A DNA stretch of 64,000 bases from the human T2T-CHM13v2.0 reference genome, Homo sapiens, in NCBI RefSeq assembly GCF_009914755.1, contig NC_060925.1; one strand, 5' to 3'. Below are positions 13,685 through 31,195 of this stretch, in pieces (within the stretch, counting starts at the first letter, position 1; each line of letters starts with the position of its first letter). The translations under genes and the position numbers were made by a program. The notes under the pieces are model-generated. The model saw nothing but the letters and a program-made list of their open reading frames with translations, searched no databases and had not been told where the DNA came from.

Positions 13685-14190
13685 GTAATAATTAATTTTC
13701 GGTGTCAACTTGACTGGGCTAAGGGATGACCAGATAGCTGGTAAAAGAGTAACTCCAGGTGTGTCTGTGAGGGTGTTTCCCAAAGAGACTGGCATTTGAA
13801 TCAGACTGAGTAATGAAGATTTGCCCTCACTGATGTGGGCTGGCATTATCCAATCTGTTGAATGCCCAGAGAGAGTGAAAAGGCAGATGAAGGAGGAATT
13901 CTTTTTTCTTCTTGAGCTAGAGCACCCACCTTCTCCTGGTCTTAGACACTGGGGCTCCAGGTTCTTGCAGCTTCATACTCTGACAGTGGCCCCCCAGTTT
14001 CTTAGGCCTTCAGCCTCGGACCGAGAGTTACACCAATAGCTTCCCTGCTTCTCCAGCCTGCAGATTGCATATCATGAGGCTTCTCAGTCTCTACAGTCAT
14101 CCAAGCCAGTTTCCATAATGAATACCGTCTTCATTTATGTGTTTCAATCTGCATCCTGCTGGTTCTGTTTCTCTGAAGAACCCTAATACA
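13685..14190 (+). mobile_element. MLT2 (ERVL) solo LTR
   Basis: tgtaataattaattttcggtgtcaacttgactgggctaag ... ctgtttctctgaagaaccctaataca. Confidence 0.85.
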
Positions 14191-14279
14191 GACGCCACCT
14201 GCCAGTTATTTGTGCTCCCACATGAAGTATTCTGAATTCCTCTCTATCTCCAAACATTCCAAGTACTTTCTCTAAGTCT

Positions 14280-14604
<325 letters not shown>

Positions 14605-14732
14605 TGATCTGTAGCAGGAATTCCTTAGCACTCTGTAGCTACCGTTTTTTTTAATTTTGCCAGTCTTCTTCCATCCCCGTTCCTTCAGGCCCAGTTCACT
14701 GCATGTGCAAATGGGGGTGGCAGGGAGGGTCT

Positions 14733-15132
14733 TATAATGGGTAAAATTGTGTCCCCTAACATGGTTTATGTCCTAACTTTTGGTTCCTGAAAATGTGAAC
14801 TTAATTTGGAAATAGAATATTTGCAGATGTAATCAAGTTAAGATGATACTGGATAAAGGTCATCATGAGTTAGAGTAGGCCCAACATCCAATGACAGGTG
14901 TCCCTATAAGGCCATGTGAGATGATAGAGACGGAGACTGGAGGGATGTGTACCAGGTCAGGAACACCACGGATTGGCTGTCACTCACCAGAGTCTAGGAG
15001 GAGGCAAGGAGGGGTCCATATTCCGAGCCTTCGGAGACAGCATGGCCCTGCAGATGCCTTGATTTCTGACTCTGTTGTTTCAGGCCACTCAGTTTATGGC
15101 AATCATGACAGCAGCCCTGGGAAACACAACAG
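14733..15132 (+). mobile_element. MLT1 (B/C-like) MaLR LTR
   Basis: aattgtgtcccc...ttggaaatag...ttgcagatgtaatcaagttaagatg...cagccctgggaaac. Confidence 0.75.
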
Positions 15133-15273
15133 AGGCTTGTTTCCTCTGACACCCACTGACTTGACTGACAGTCTTAGGAAACTTGCTGCCATCCTACTTT
15201 TCTGCTTGTTTTATAATGATTGTTACCAGACTGTTCACATTAAATGTCTTGTAAAGCTGAAACCCTGCACTGA

Positions 15274-15722
<449 letters not shown>

Positions 15723-16109
15723 TTTTCCCCTGCCTTTTAGTTCCCACACCTCACTGGTTAAAATTGACAATGTCCTCCAACTCCGATCCATCAGCTCTTT
15801 TGAATTCTGGTTGCCTTTTGTTGAGTTGTCTCATGGAATATCGAGATAATTGCCAACAGATCTCAGTGCCTTTCTTTCTTTCCCTCTGAGTTAATTCAAC
15901 TTGGCATTTACTGGGTATCAAATCAGACAGCAGCCTCACTCAAGCGTGAGCAAGTGGGGCTTATTCTGGATGACCTGGAAACCCCACGGGTGCAATCGGA
16001 AGATGAAATAAGTGAGACTGACAGTAATGCAACGAGGCGGGCGGCACCTCCCGGGGAGAGGAGCAAAATGCCTCCCTGGTGAGTCCCCCCTCCCACCAAC
16101 AAGACAGCG

Positions 16110-17061
<952 letters not shown>

Positions 17062-17320
17062 ACAAGAAGCTTCATTCCCTACAGAGGTGTTCACAGCCAG
17101 GAGGGGCAGCCTACAGGTGACTAGGGCACAGTGCATTTGGAGAAGAACTAGCAGGACAATCAGCAGGTCCACATTAGCTCTGGACTTCCCTGCCCTGTCA
17201 TCAGCCAGGGGTGGCTCCAAGGGGGCATCTTTTAGGTTTTGTTTCAGGCTTATTGGGGATTCCCCAGCTTAAAAGAAAGAGGGAAGGGCATCCAGGAGAC
17301 CTACACAAAGGTGGGGCCTC

Positions 17321-17618
17321 TTTTTTTTTTTTTTTTTGAGACAGAGCCTCACTCTGTCGCCCAGGCTGGAGTGGAGTGGTGCGATCAGCTCATTGCAACC
17401 TCTGCCTCCCGGGTGCAAGCAACTCTCATTCCTCAGCCTCCCAAGTAGCTGGAATTACAGGCATGCACCACCATGCCCGGCTAATTTTTGTAATTTTAGT
17501 AGAGATGGGGTTTTGCCGTGTTGGCCAGGCTGGTCTCAGAAACTCCTGGCCTCAAGCAATCTGCCCACCTTGACCTCCCAAAGTGCTGAGATGACAGGCG
17601 CCAGCCACCGCGCCTGGC
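17321..17618 (-). mobile_element. Alu
   Basis: Full Alu with poly-T. Confidence 0.92.
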
Positions 17619-17816
17619 CAAGCCTCCTGAAAACACTATTTGGAGGGAACTGTGTGACAGACTTGGCAATAAGACCTGGAGGCCCCCCGGTACACCACGC
17701 TGAAGAATTTGGTTTTTACTCTGCAGGCTGGAGTTTATGATTTTTTGCCTGCATCCCCAAGAAAGGCACATGCTCTGATAATTCCTGCTGTATTCTGTTA
17801 GAAGAAGGCAGGACTA

Positions 17817-18118
<302 letters not shown>

Positions 18119-18131
18119 GCAGGACTGCTAT

Positions 18132-18668
18132 TGACAAAGATTTTCTCGACCAAACTCTACTCATGCTCCCTGAACTCTTCTCAAGCCCTGATTTTTGGGC
18201 TTCTGTGTTTATCTCTGCACATTGTCTAATCCTGCTAAGTCAGTTTAGCCAGAATCCTGCACCATTGATACTGATCACCCTTGATATCTGATTGAGTTCC
18301 TCATCCTCCATCATGCCTCTGGTGATGTGGTATCTGATCACCGTGATATCTGATCAGGTTCCTTGTCCTCCATCATCCCCCGGGTAAAGTCTGATCACCA
18401 TGGCCTGCCTTCAGCAAGAGTCCTGTTAGGTCCGTTCAGCCAGAATCCCCATGCCCATGGTGTTTCTTCTTAGTAATTTTCTGCTGACCCCCACCCTGCT
18501 CCTTGGCTATAAATTTCCACCTTTACTTGTGTTCAGAGTTGAGCCCAATCTCTCTTCCCCACTGTAAAACACTGCTGTGGTGGTCCCTATACTTATCTCC
18601 ATTGGCCACCTGAATAAAGTCTGCCTAACTGTTCTTTAATCAGTAGTATCATCATTTTTTCATCAACA
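18132..18668 (+). mobile_element. MER31-like ERV1 solo LTR
   Basis: tgacaaaga...gaccaaactcta start, internal ctgatcacc repeats, TATA-like ggctataaat, aataaa, ends caaca. Confidence 0.75.
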
Positions 18669-18706
18669 CTGTCACATGTTATAATGGGTCTTTCAAGCAA
18701 CAAAGT

Positions 18707-19290
18707 GGGCCAGGCATGGTGGCTCATGCCTGTAATCCCAGCACTTTGGGAGGCTAAGGTGGGCAGATCATTTGAGCCCAGGAGTTAAAGACCAGCAAAG
18801 GCACCATCTCTACAAAAAACAAATAATTAAGTAGGCATGGTGGCTCACACCTAGATTCCCAGCTACTTCAGATGATTTTTTTTTTTCTTGAGACAGAGTC
18901 TTGCTCTATCACCCAGGCTGGAGTGTAGTGGCACCATCTCGGCTCACTGTAACCTCTGCTTCCCGAGCTCAAGCAATTCTCCTGCCTCAGCCTCCTGAGT
19001 AGCTGGGACTACAGGTGTGCTCACCATGCCCGGCTAATTTTTGTATTTTTAGTAGAGATGGGATTTCACCAGGTTGGCCAGGCTAGTTTCGAACTCCTGA
19101 CCTCAAGTGATTCGCCTGCCTCAGCCTCCCAAAGTACTGGGATTACAGACATGAGCCACTGCGTCTGGCCTTGAAAGGATTGTTTAAACTCAGGAAGTCA
19201 AGGCTGCAGTGAGGTATGATTACACCACTGCATCTAGCCTGGGCAATAGTGCAAAATCCTGTCTCTGAAAACAAACAAAAAAGACAACAA
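18707..19290. mobile_element. AluJ (+) split by an antisense AluS (18876-19170)
   Basis: Outer Alu stops at cagctact and resumes at ggattgtttaaactcagg...gcagtgag after the inner element. Confidence 0.85.
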
Positions 19291-19479
19291 AGGTGTTAGT
19301 GAAAGGTTCTCATCAGGCTAAGGGCATCTTAACAGGTAGCAGGGTTCAGTTAGCCTATTTGAGAAGGACAAACTGTAGCCCCAAGGCCAGGAGAGAGGTG
19401 CAGGTCTGTGGTTCACTGGCCAAGTGACAAGAAAAGATGACGCCGCAGGTGGAAAAGTGCACACTTGACCTTGTGATGG

Positions 19480-19945
<466 letters not shown>

Positions 19946-20240
19946 ACCACAGACTGGGTGACATGAACAAACATTTATTTCTGGAGGCTTAGACGTCTAA
20001 AATCAAGGTGCTGGTATAATCAAATGGTGGAGATCCCCTCCCTGGTTCATAGAGGGCTATCTTTCTATGGTGGGGGTGGGTAGAGCTCTCTGGGGTCTCT
20101 TTTATAAGGGCACTAATTCCATTTATGGTGTTCCATCTTCATGACCTAATCACCTCCCAAAGCCCCACCTCCTAATGCCATCACAATGGAGGTTAAGATC
20201 TCCACATAGGAATCTAGGGGGACATAAACATTCATTCCAG
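19946..20240 (-). mobile_element. MLT1A-like MaLR LTR fragment
   Basis: ccacagactgggtg...tataagggcactaat...atgacctaatcacctcccaa. Confidence 0.75.
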
Positions 20241-20266
20241 TTATGTCCCCCCAGATTCATATGTTT

Positions 20267-20572
<306 letters not shown>

Positions 20573-22100
20573 TTACTTTGCATGCTCATTTATTGTGTGT
20601 TGAATTAGAATTTACTTCCATCCTTCGTGTCACTTTCAAAAACCTGTGTCTCACCATCATCAGTCTACTTAACATAATTTCTTCTAAAAGTCCCGCCCCC
20701 CCCCCCCCCCCCCGCTCCTATGTAACTGCTCCTATCAGCAAATTCTGAGAATTCTGGGGACTCTGATAAGTCCTCAGAAATTATCCAGTATCGTATTATC
20801 TAATTGAGTTGAAACCAAGGCCAGGAAAGAGGAAGGACCTAAAGCGCTGGAAGAATTTCTGGGCCCCAACCACTCCCAGTTTCGGTCTCTTTCTACCAGG
20901 GACTGGTGCAAGACTGTCTAGAATTCCAGAGCCTTCTCGATGTTCGGGTCAGACCTCCATGCTCTCCAGCACCACTCCTCCCCAACCCTCTCCAGGGGTC
21001 CCCTGGCTTCGCACGGTTCCCCTCCCCGGCCCCCACCTCCCCATCCCCAGTAAGTGCAAGCAGCTTTCCGGGGCAGGCAGCTGCCCTACACCTGGTGCTT
21101 ACAGGGAAGTGGAGAGGAGGGGCAGGCGGCTGGAGCGGGGGTCTCCAAGGTGGGCCTGGAGCCCGGCGGGCTCTGGGGCGCTGAGCTCATCTCGCCACGC
21201 CCTGCGCGCATCCGCGCAGAAATTTGGGAGGTGGGGTTGAGTCTCGCAAGCTCCTCTCCGCCAGGCTGGGCCGCAGCGGACGCCGGCTCCCCGATCACCC
21301 GCTCAGCAGCTTTGGCCCAGGAAGACCTGCGGCCCTGGCTCCCTTGCAGGGGTGCAGCTGGGGTCTCACCCAATTCCCGGCATAAATGAATGGAAGAGGC
21401 CTAGGGGTGAACGTTTATCTCCACATTACTGTGCAGATCATTCAAATCGGGACTAACCAGAACCGCAGTCTTCCCATTTCTAGGGAGGAAAGTTGCTCTT
21501 AAAAATTTTTACAGTAAATAATTTTCCTAGTGGACCTCCTTTAAAGGGAAATTGGCGTATTCACCCCTCAGTTGTTCCAGTGCTTTGTTTGTGTCAGAAA
21601 TTAAATGAATAAGCCAGAGAGAACCTCTTGGACCTGCTGCACCAAATTCACAAATGAAAAGTTCATCACCGCTTGAGGGCGAGTGGCTTCTGGGGCTCAG
21701 CTCTCAGTGACCTTTAACCACGGCTCCTCACCAGGTTCCAGTGAATTTGGAAGAGGAATCCCTTTTTCTCTTTTCCAGAAAAGTCGCTGATTCCCAGTGT
21801 CTTTCCTACTGAGGGCTTTTTGAAGCATTCGGAGTTCAGTTTCTCTGGATTGTTATGGGCCCAGCTTCTGGGGCCCGTCCAGTAAATACCACTCCATTTG
21901 AGAAGAGAATAAATAGGCAGTTACCTCTCTTGGACAAAAACGTTCCGATCCATCCCCTCTGAACTTGGAAAGAAATCCCCCCCTTCTCAACAGGTCTTGC
22001 ACCGTTGTTTTTCACCCTATGAGTTCTGCATGTTTTATTCAACATGGTGGGTCTCCACAGATATTTTTTAATGAAAGAGGCTGGTGGAGATTAGATGTGA

Positions 22101-22415
<315 letters not shown>

Positions 22416-22641
22416 GAGTGTATTGCTCTTATCTGGGAAATAACTCATAGACGTATTTCTGAAGGAGGGCTTTTCACATCTGCCAGCAGGAAGCGTGAGG
22501 GGAGGCTCCGCCCATCAGAAACCACTGCTTGCTTTAGCACAGCCCTTACCTCCAACAGTTTTATGGGCTCTCTTTTTTGAGGAAAGGAGACATCCTTCTC
22601 TAGGAATAGTTCTGGTTTGGGGACCCAGTAGGAGGTAGATC

Positions 22642-22732
22642 TGTTACAGGAAAGGGGTCCCAATCCAGGCTCCCAGAGACGGTTCTTAGATCTCAGGCAA
22701 GAAAGAATTCAGAGCAAGTCCACAATGCAAAG
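22642..22732 (-). mobile_element. MER41-type LTR 3'-end fragment
   Basis: tgttacaggaaaggggtcccaatcca...caagaaagaattcag matches the termini of the MER41 copies at 45470 and 51195. Confidence 0.7.
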
Positions 22733-22943
22733 CCTTGTGTGTCCATAAAACCTAAGCCCTGGCTGGTGTTCAACTCCCGGCCTCAAGATCTCATCAGATC
22801 TACCCCTGGTGGATCCCCAAACTAAATCCAAGCCTCACCACGGCCACCTGTCTGGACCCCAGAATCTAAAGGCTCAACACCAGAGACATAAGCTCACGGA
22901 CAAATCAAGCAAGTATTCAAAATGTCACAAAACAACTGTTTTA

Positions 22944-23287
<344 letters not shown>

Positions 23288-23345
23288 TCACTAATTTAAA
23301 AGGACATTTGGGGCCAGGAGTAGTGGCTCACACCTGTAATCCAAC

Positions 23346-23708
23346 TGATATGGTTTGGCTGTGTCCCCACCCAAATCTGATGTTGAATTGTAGCTCCCAT
23401 AATTCCCACGTGTTGTGGGAGGGACCTGGTGGGAGATAACTGAATCATGGGGGCGTTTTCCCCCAGACCATTCTCGTGGTAGTGAATAAGTCTCATGAGA
23501 TCTGATGGTTTTGTAAAGGGAAACCCCTTTTACTTGGCTCTCTTTCTCTCTGTTGCCTGCTGCCATGTAAGATGTGCCTTTTGCCTTCCACCATGATTGT
23601 GAAGCCTCCTCAGACATGTGGAACTGTGAGTCCATTAAGCCTCTTTTTCTTTATAATTTACCCAGTTTTAGGTATGTCTTTATCAGCTATGTGAAAATGA
23701 CTAATACA
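23346..23708 (+). mobile_element. THE1 solo LTR inserted into an AluJ (23311-23345 and 23709-23995)
   Basis: tgatatggtttggctgtgtccccaccc...ctaataca; TSD ccaac/tcaac; Alu sequence resumes afterwards. Confidence 0.92.
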
Positions 23709-24084
23709 TCAACTCTTGAAGAGGCCAAGACAGGAGGATTGCTTGTGGCCTGAAGTTTGAGACCAGCCTGGGCAAAGTAGCCAGACCTCATCTCTACCAA
23801 AAAATTAAAAAAAAAAAAAAAAATAGCTGGGTGTGATTGTGTGTGCCTGCATTCCCAGTTGCTTGGGAGGCTGAGGTGGGTGGGGTCACTTCAGCCCAGA
23901 AGTTGGAGGTTGCAGTGAGGTGTGATTGCACCACTGCACTCCAGTGTGGGCGACAGACTGAGACTCTGTTTCTAAAGAAAAAAATAATAATAAAAATAAA
24001 TGAAAGGACAGTTGGATTAAAACTGTGGCCCTGTAAATGGAACAAGTTAATCTGTCCCACATAGCTGAGTTGTAGAGAATATAG

Positions 24085-24754
<670 letters not shown>

Positions 24755-25801
24755 AAATTTAAACATTTTTAAGAAGAAATTTGTGTGTGTTAGGTAAAGG
24801 GAGGTTAAAAATGGATGCCAAGGTTAACACAGAATCATAGGAATTTACAAGAGCATATAAGGAGACCAATTTTAGGTAGTTTTCAATGTAGTACCTATTA
24901 GAAATGGGTTCCCTTAATCATTGTATCCCTCCCCCATTTCAGATGGAGCTGAACTCCCATTTCCAAATGGGTGGTTTCCAATTTGGTCTTCATTTTCCAG
25001 CTGCACCACTGAGCTCAGTGCAGAGCCCATTAATGAATAGGGCCAACAAAGCATTTGCAGTTTTCAGGGCCTAATACTTATGTATTTGAAAAGCAAGCAC
25101 AGCTGGAAGGCAGAACACCCAGATCCTCAGAAATCAAAGACCCTGTTTTTACATGGAGTCCTGGGTGTCTCAGAGCTGTGTTAAAAGCCCAAGAGGGAAA
25201 TGTCATGGGCCAGGCTGAGCAACACTTCCACCATGCACCTTGCTGCAAAGGTATTCCCCCTGGGCTGGTGGATGGCCCAGTGCCAGTCAGCCCACTGTGT
25301 GATCAGCCCATCTCTCATGGGTATCTTTTTTTCCAGTATTAAGTGTTCCTACAGTCTCCAAGTTTCCAAACTTCACATTTCTTATCTAAATGTTCAAAGA
25401 AATGAGTACTCCCCTATAGTAGTAACCATTTGCCACAACTGTAGTCTGCCACCTCCAAGATTACACTTGCCAGTGACTCACCAGCCGTAACACACCCGAA
25501 GGTAATGTGCTCTTACAATACAAAATACTCCTGGTACCCATAAAAGCCAAAAAATATCAGGAAACTCAGACCGGGTGCAGTGACTCATGCCTATAATCCC
25601 AGCACTTTGGGAGGCTGAGGCAGGAGGATCACTTGAGCCCAGGAGTTTAAGAACAGCCAGGGCAACATGGTGAAAACCCATGGGTACAAAAAAATTAGCA
25701 AGGTGTGTGGTGATGTGCGCCTGTTGTCCCAGCTAATTGGGAGGCTGAGGTGGGAGGATCACCTGAGCCTGGGAGTTTGAGGCTGTAGTGAGCCATGATC
25801 G

Positions 25802-26630
25802 TCATAGGAACAGAAGGCAGAGAAATTCTGGGAGGGCAGTTCCCCAGCCAAGGCCCCACCTTCAATCTGAAAAGCCTGATACTGCCGCCCAAAGTGAGAA
25901 CTTACATCCCTGTTTTCCCATTCAAATGGTGCCTTTTCCAAAACCACCTGTGGCCTGCTCTGTCCCCCATCCCGTGCCCATAAAAACCCCAGGCTCAACT
26001 GGCAGAGAGAGGGGAGGCAGCTGGACTTCGCAGACTGTGGTTGGATATGATTGAGAAGTGGCTTGACTTCAGAGGGACAGCTTGACAGCATAGCTTTAGA
26101 GAGGAGTCCAGCTGGGGATGGCCAGACTTCAAGGGAAGATTACCTTCCTGCTCCATCCCCTTTTCAGCTCCCTTTGCCACTGAGAGCCACTTTCATTGGC
26201 AATAAAATCCCCCACATTTACCATCTTTTCATTCATGTGACCTGATTCCTCCTGGACACCAGGCAAGAACTCAGGTGCCATGAGTGTGAGTGCAAAAGGC
26301 TGTCACACTGACCCTCCACTGAGCTGTTAACACTGAAGCTGGCCATGGACGGCAAAGCTAAAAGGGCACTGTAACACTTCTTCTGGGGCTTGAGGGATTG
26401 TGGGCACTCTCCCCTAAATGCTGCTGTGGGGCCGGTATGCAGTTCGCTTTTGCCAGCACCCAAAAGCACTCACTCAGGCTTCTGCACCTACTCACTGGTG
26501 CTCCCTCTCCGAGGAGTGGAGCAGTAGTGAATGGAGTTTGCCTCTGCTGGTGCCAAAGCAGCTGGCTGGTTCTAGCACCCGTGCGCCCCGGTTTCTGCCC
26601 ACAAAAGGGTCAAGGAAATATCCTGCTTCA
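25802..26630 (+). mobile_element. LTR27/LTR28-like (MER52 group) ERV1 solo LTR
   Basis: tcataggaacagaaggcagagaaattctggg...ggccccacc start, cataaaaacccc, aataaa, ends tcctgcttca. Confidence 0.75.
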
Positions 26631-26826
26631 ATTGTGTGAGAAAACATTTTCACTGGTCCATTTTCAAGGCCTGATAAATCTAAGCACTGGCAGCCAGTCT
26701 GTAAATGTAACAAACCACATGGCTCATGCACCCAGAAGGTCACAATAAGCAAACAGAATGTAGAGAAGGGGTCAGTCCATAAAAGGGAAGAAAGTTTCGT
26801 TATAGGGAAATCAAAACTTAAGTGGG

Positions 26827-27142
26827 AGCTGGGCGCAGTGGCTCACACCTGTAATCCCAGCATCTCGGAAGGCTGAGGCAGGTGGATCACCTGAGGTCAG
26901 GAGTTCGAGACTAGCCTGGCCAACATGGTGAAACCCCATCTCTACTAAAAATACAAAAATTAGCCAGGTGTAGTGGCAAGCGCCTGCAATCCCAGCTACT
27001 CAGGAGGCTGAGGCAGGAGAATTGCTTGAACCCAGGAGGCAGAGGTTACAGTTTGCCAAGATTGTGCCATTGCACTCCAGCCGGGGTGACAGAGTGAGAT
27101 TCTGTCTCAAAAGAAAAAGAAAAGAAAAGAAAAAGAAAGAAG
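26827..27142 (+). mobile_element. AluS inside the 5' LTR
   Basis: TSD aaacttaag; absent from the 3' LTR. Confidence 0.93.
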
Positions 27143-27426
27143 AAACTTAAGCAGGGAAGGAGACTGGGGTATAACCTTACAAGGAGGACAATGAAACTTA
27201 GATGACATCCGGGAAGATCGTAACCCCATAGTACTCGACCAATGAAGAACTAGCGGAGGGACTTGTGTGCTAGAAGATAAATTACCTGTTGTGACTGCCC
27301 CAGTTGTGCCTGCCCACCAGACACCTGATCTTGCAAGACCGTTACTAAATGTCTCCTTTTCACTGTTCTTCAGGCCTCTAAGTCCATTCTCTGGATTTGG
27401 ACAGGTGAGTGTGTTTCTCACAAGCA

Positions 27427-27444
27427 TGGGGGCCCATCTGGGAT
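27427..27444 (+). other. Primer-binding site, tRNA-Pro
   Basis: TGGGGGCCCATCTGGGAT vs TGGGGGCTCGTCCGGGAT, 15/18 match, 4 nt after the LTR end. Confidence 0.8.
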
Positions 27445-27775
27445 CCATGTGCCTGTGTGAAGTGGGACTTTGGCCGAGAGGGGAGATGTGTCCCACCTGA
27501 TTTAGGTGGCCCGCTCTATCTGGGCATCCCAGCTTCCCATAGAAGGCATAAACAAACCCAAGACTATTATTCAGGAGGCAGCAGAAGCAACACAGGGAGA
27601 AAAGCAGGCACTGCGGGAACCAGGCAAACTCATGCACCAGCCAAGGAAGGAAAATTGGACTGTAAGTACTGCCTTGGTCATGGGGCATTTTTGGAGGTCT
27701 CGGGGTGTGCAAGAAACCTCCAGTAAGGGGGGTTGAGTAGACAGGGAAAAACTCAGACGCAGAGACTGGCAGAAA

Positions 27776-29330
27776 ATGGGAAACAGGAATTCTAGGCCTG
27801 GGAGCCAAAGGAAAGAGGGAGCCAAAGAGACTCCGTCTGACATTCCCCTGGATAGTCCTTTGGGGAGATTGTTGCAGGTTTGGTGGAACAACCCTCGAAC
27901 CAGGGACAAGGAAAAGGAAAAGATGATAAAGTATTGCTGTTTTGTCTGGCCCAAAGACCCCATTCATAAGCCTTCTGTCTTTTGGCCTAAGTTTGGCTCA
28001 GATGAGGATTGTGTTCTAAGCTTTAATTCTCTCTGTGAATAATAAAACTTCATCCTCACAAGAAGAGATAGGTTACTCTCTGCTGAATCAAGGAATTAGC
28101 CCCCATGATCCCCCTCAAAAAAGAAGAAAAAGAGCCTGGTGAAGAGCCCTCACCCAGTGAAAAGCCCTGGGACCCCCTATCGTGCTTGCCCCTTCATACG
28201 TCTCACAAAAAAGGGGACAGGAAGATCAAGGGGCAGCAGGAGGGTTAGAGGAAGAAAGACCCAGAGACTACAGGGGAGCCAAGCCAACTGCTCCTTTAAA
28301 TCCTTATCCAAATTTAAGAAAAGAATTACAAGAGTGTAAGAGGGATATTGAGAACTTCCCTATCCCTTCCACACAGCAGGCATCTAGCATGTTCCCTCTT
28401 AGGGAAGTTCCCATGGGACAGGGAGAGATTGGCTTTGTAAACACTCCTCTTGCAAGTACTGAAGTTAGGAATTGCAAGAAGGAAATGAAACCACTCCTAG
28501 AAGATCCCCTGGGTTTAGCAGACCAGCTGGACCAATTCCTAGGACCCAGCTTTTACACTTGGGCTGAAATGATGTCTATCATGAATATCCTGTTCACGGG
28601 AGAAGAAAGGGGAATGATTAGGAGAGTGGCCATGACCAGTGGGGAGAAGCAACACCCTCCTGGGCAGTGAGACTTGCCAGCCAAACAAAAATTTCCAAAT
28701 GTTGATCCCGAATGGGATAATAATGATCCCAGGGACTGGGCCCAAATGCAGGACCTCAGGAAACTAGTAATTCAAGGGATCAAAGAGTACACTCCTAGGA
28801 CACAAAATGTCTCAAAGGCATTTGAGATTCAACAAGAAAAAGAGAAAACTCCCTTCACATTCCTGCAGAGGCTCAGAGATGAGAAAATACTCCAGATTAG
28901 ATCCGGAGGACCCAGTAGGGCAAGGCCTGTTGCAGATTAACTTTGTTACTAAAAGCTGGCTTGACATTACAAAAAAAAAAATTACAAAAGATTGATGGAT
29001 GGAATGAGAAACCGATTGAGGAATTACTGAGTGAAGCTCAGAAGGTCTTTGTGAAAAGAGAGGAAGAGAAGCAGAAACAGAAAGGGAACATCATGATTTC
29101 CACTGTGGAAGAGGTAGCCAAAAAAAGATTAGCTCAAGATCCCCCTCAAATGAGACAAGGGAATGATAGATTTCGACACAGAGAAAGAAAGGAAATGCAG
29201 GGGAAACCTCCTAAGACTATGAGTGGCTAGATGTTACAAGTGTGGAAAGCCAGGGCATCTTAAGAGAGAATGTCCTCAATGGAAAAAAGAAGAAGAGATG
29301 ATCCCCCTCATGACCGTTGATGAATACAAT
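27776..29330 (+). pseudogene. ERV gag (frameshifted, with stops)
   Basis: MGNRNSRP myristoylation-type start, DIPLDSPLG, MIKYCCFVWP, FPLREVP, DPEWDNND, zinc knuckle CYKCGKPGHLKREC at 29232-29273. Confidence 0.9.
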
Positions 29331-29379
29331 GGGGGTCAGGGCTTCCTTCTGAGTAGGTCCCACCAAGAACCCTTGATAA

Positions 29380-30365
<986 letters not shown>

Positions 30366-30559
30366 TAAGGCCCACTGTTTATACTGGGCCCGACTGTGGG
30401 AGTGTGAAGTTTGGTGTTTACCCAGGAGACATCCCCCGCCTCCTTCTATGCTTAAGTTGTTTATCTGTAGTTTATAGCCTGAACTTTCAGGCTACCCTTT
30501 GTTAAAAGAGAAGTGATTTCTTTGAACCGCACGAGATTAGAAAGGAAGCTATTTCAAGA

Positions 30560-31187
30560 GTGTTAAGGGGAATTATGGAAGGTTTACAAATTTGATGGGA
30601 TTATCCCACCCCTTGGCATCCTGTGGAAAGGTAAAAAGAATAAACCAAACTCTCAAAAAGCATCTCACCAAACTAAACTTAGAAACTAAAGTGCCTTGGA
30701 CCAAATATCTCCCATGGCTTTAGGATTAGGATTCGGACAGTCCCCAGAAAAGACTTGGGATTGTCCCCTACAAGTTATTATATGGACTCCCATATTTGGG
30801 CAGGGCTACAGATCCTCCCACTATGGAAACCAAAAACCAATTCTTAAGAAATGATATACTGGCCATATCTTCCACCCTGTCATCCCTCAGGTTAAAAGGT
30901 CTTCTGACGCAAGCTCTGCCTCTTGAGTTCATGGTTCACTACTTCCAGCCTGGCAACTTGGTGCTGACTAAGATTTGGAAAGAAGACAAGCTCCACCCAA
31001 GCTGGGAAGGTCCCTGTCAAGTGCCTCTGCCCCTGAGACAGCCCTGCGAACAGCTGAATGGGGGTGGACTCACTACACTGGAATCAAGAGGCCGGTAAAA
31101 GAGACCTGGAAAGGGAAGGAGAAAGAACAGTGGGAAGTGCATGGGTCACCTGACGAACACTTAAAGTTAACTCTGAGAAAAATTTAG
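30560..31187 (+). pseudogene. ERV integrase, C-terminal half
   Basis: Degenerate PWHP..GKVKRINQTLKKHLTKL, LRIRT.PRKDLGLSP, FQPGNLV, KLHPSWEGP, GWTHYT. Confidence 0.8.
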
Positions 31188-31195
31188 AAAGAAAG

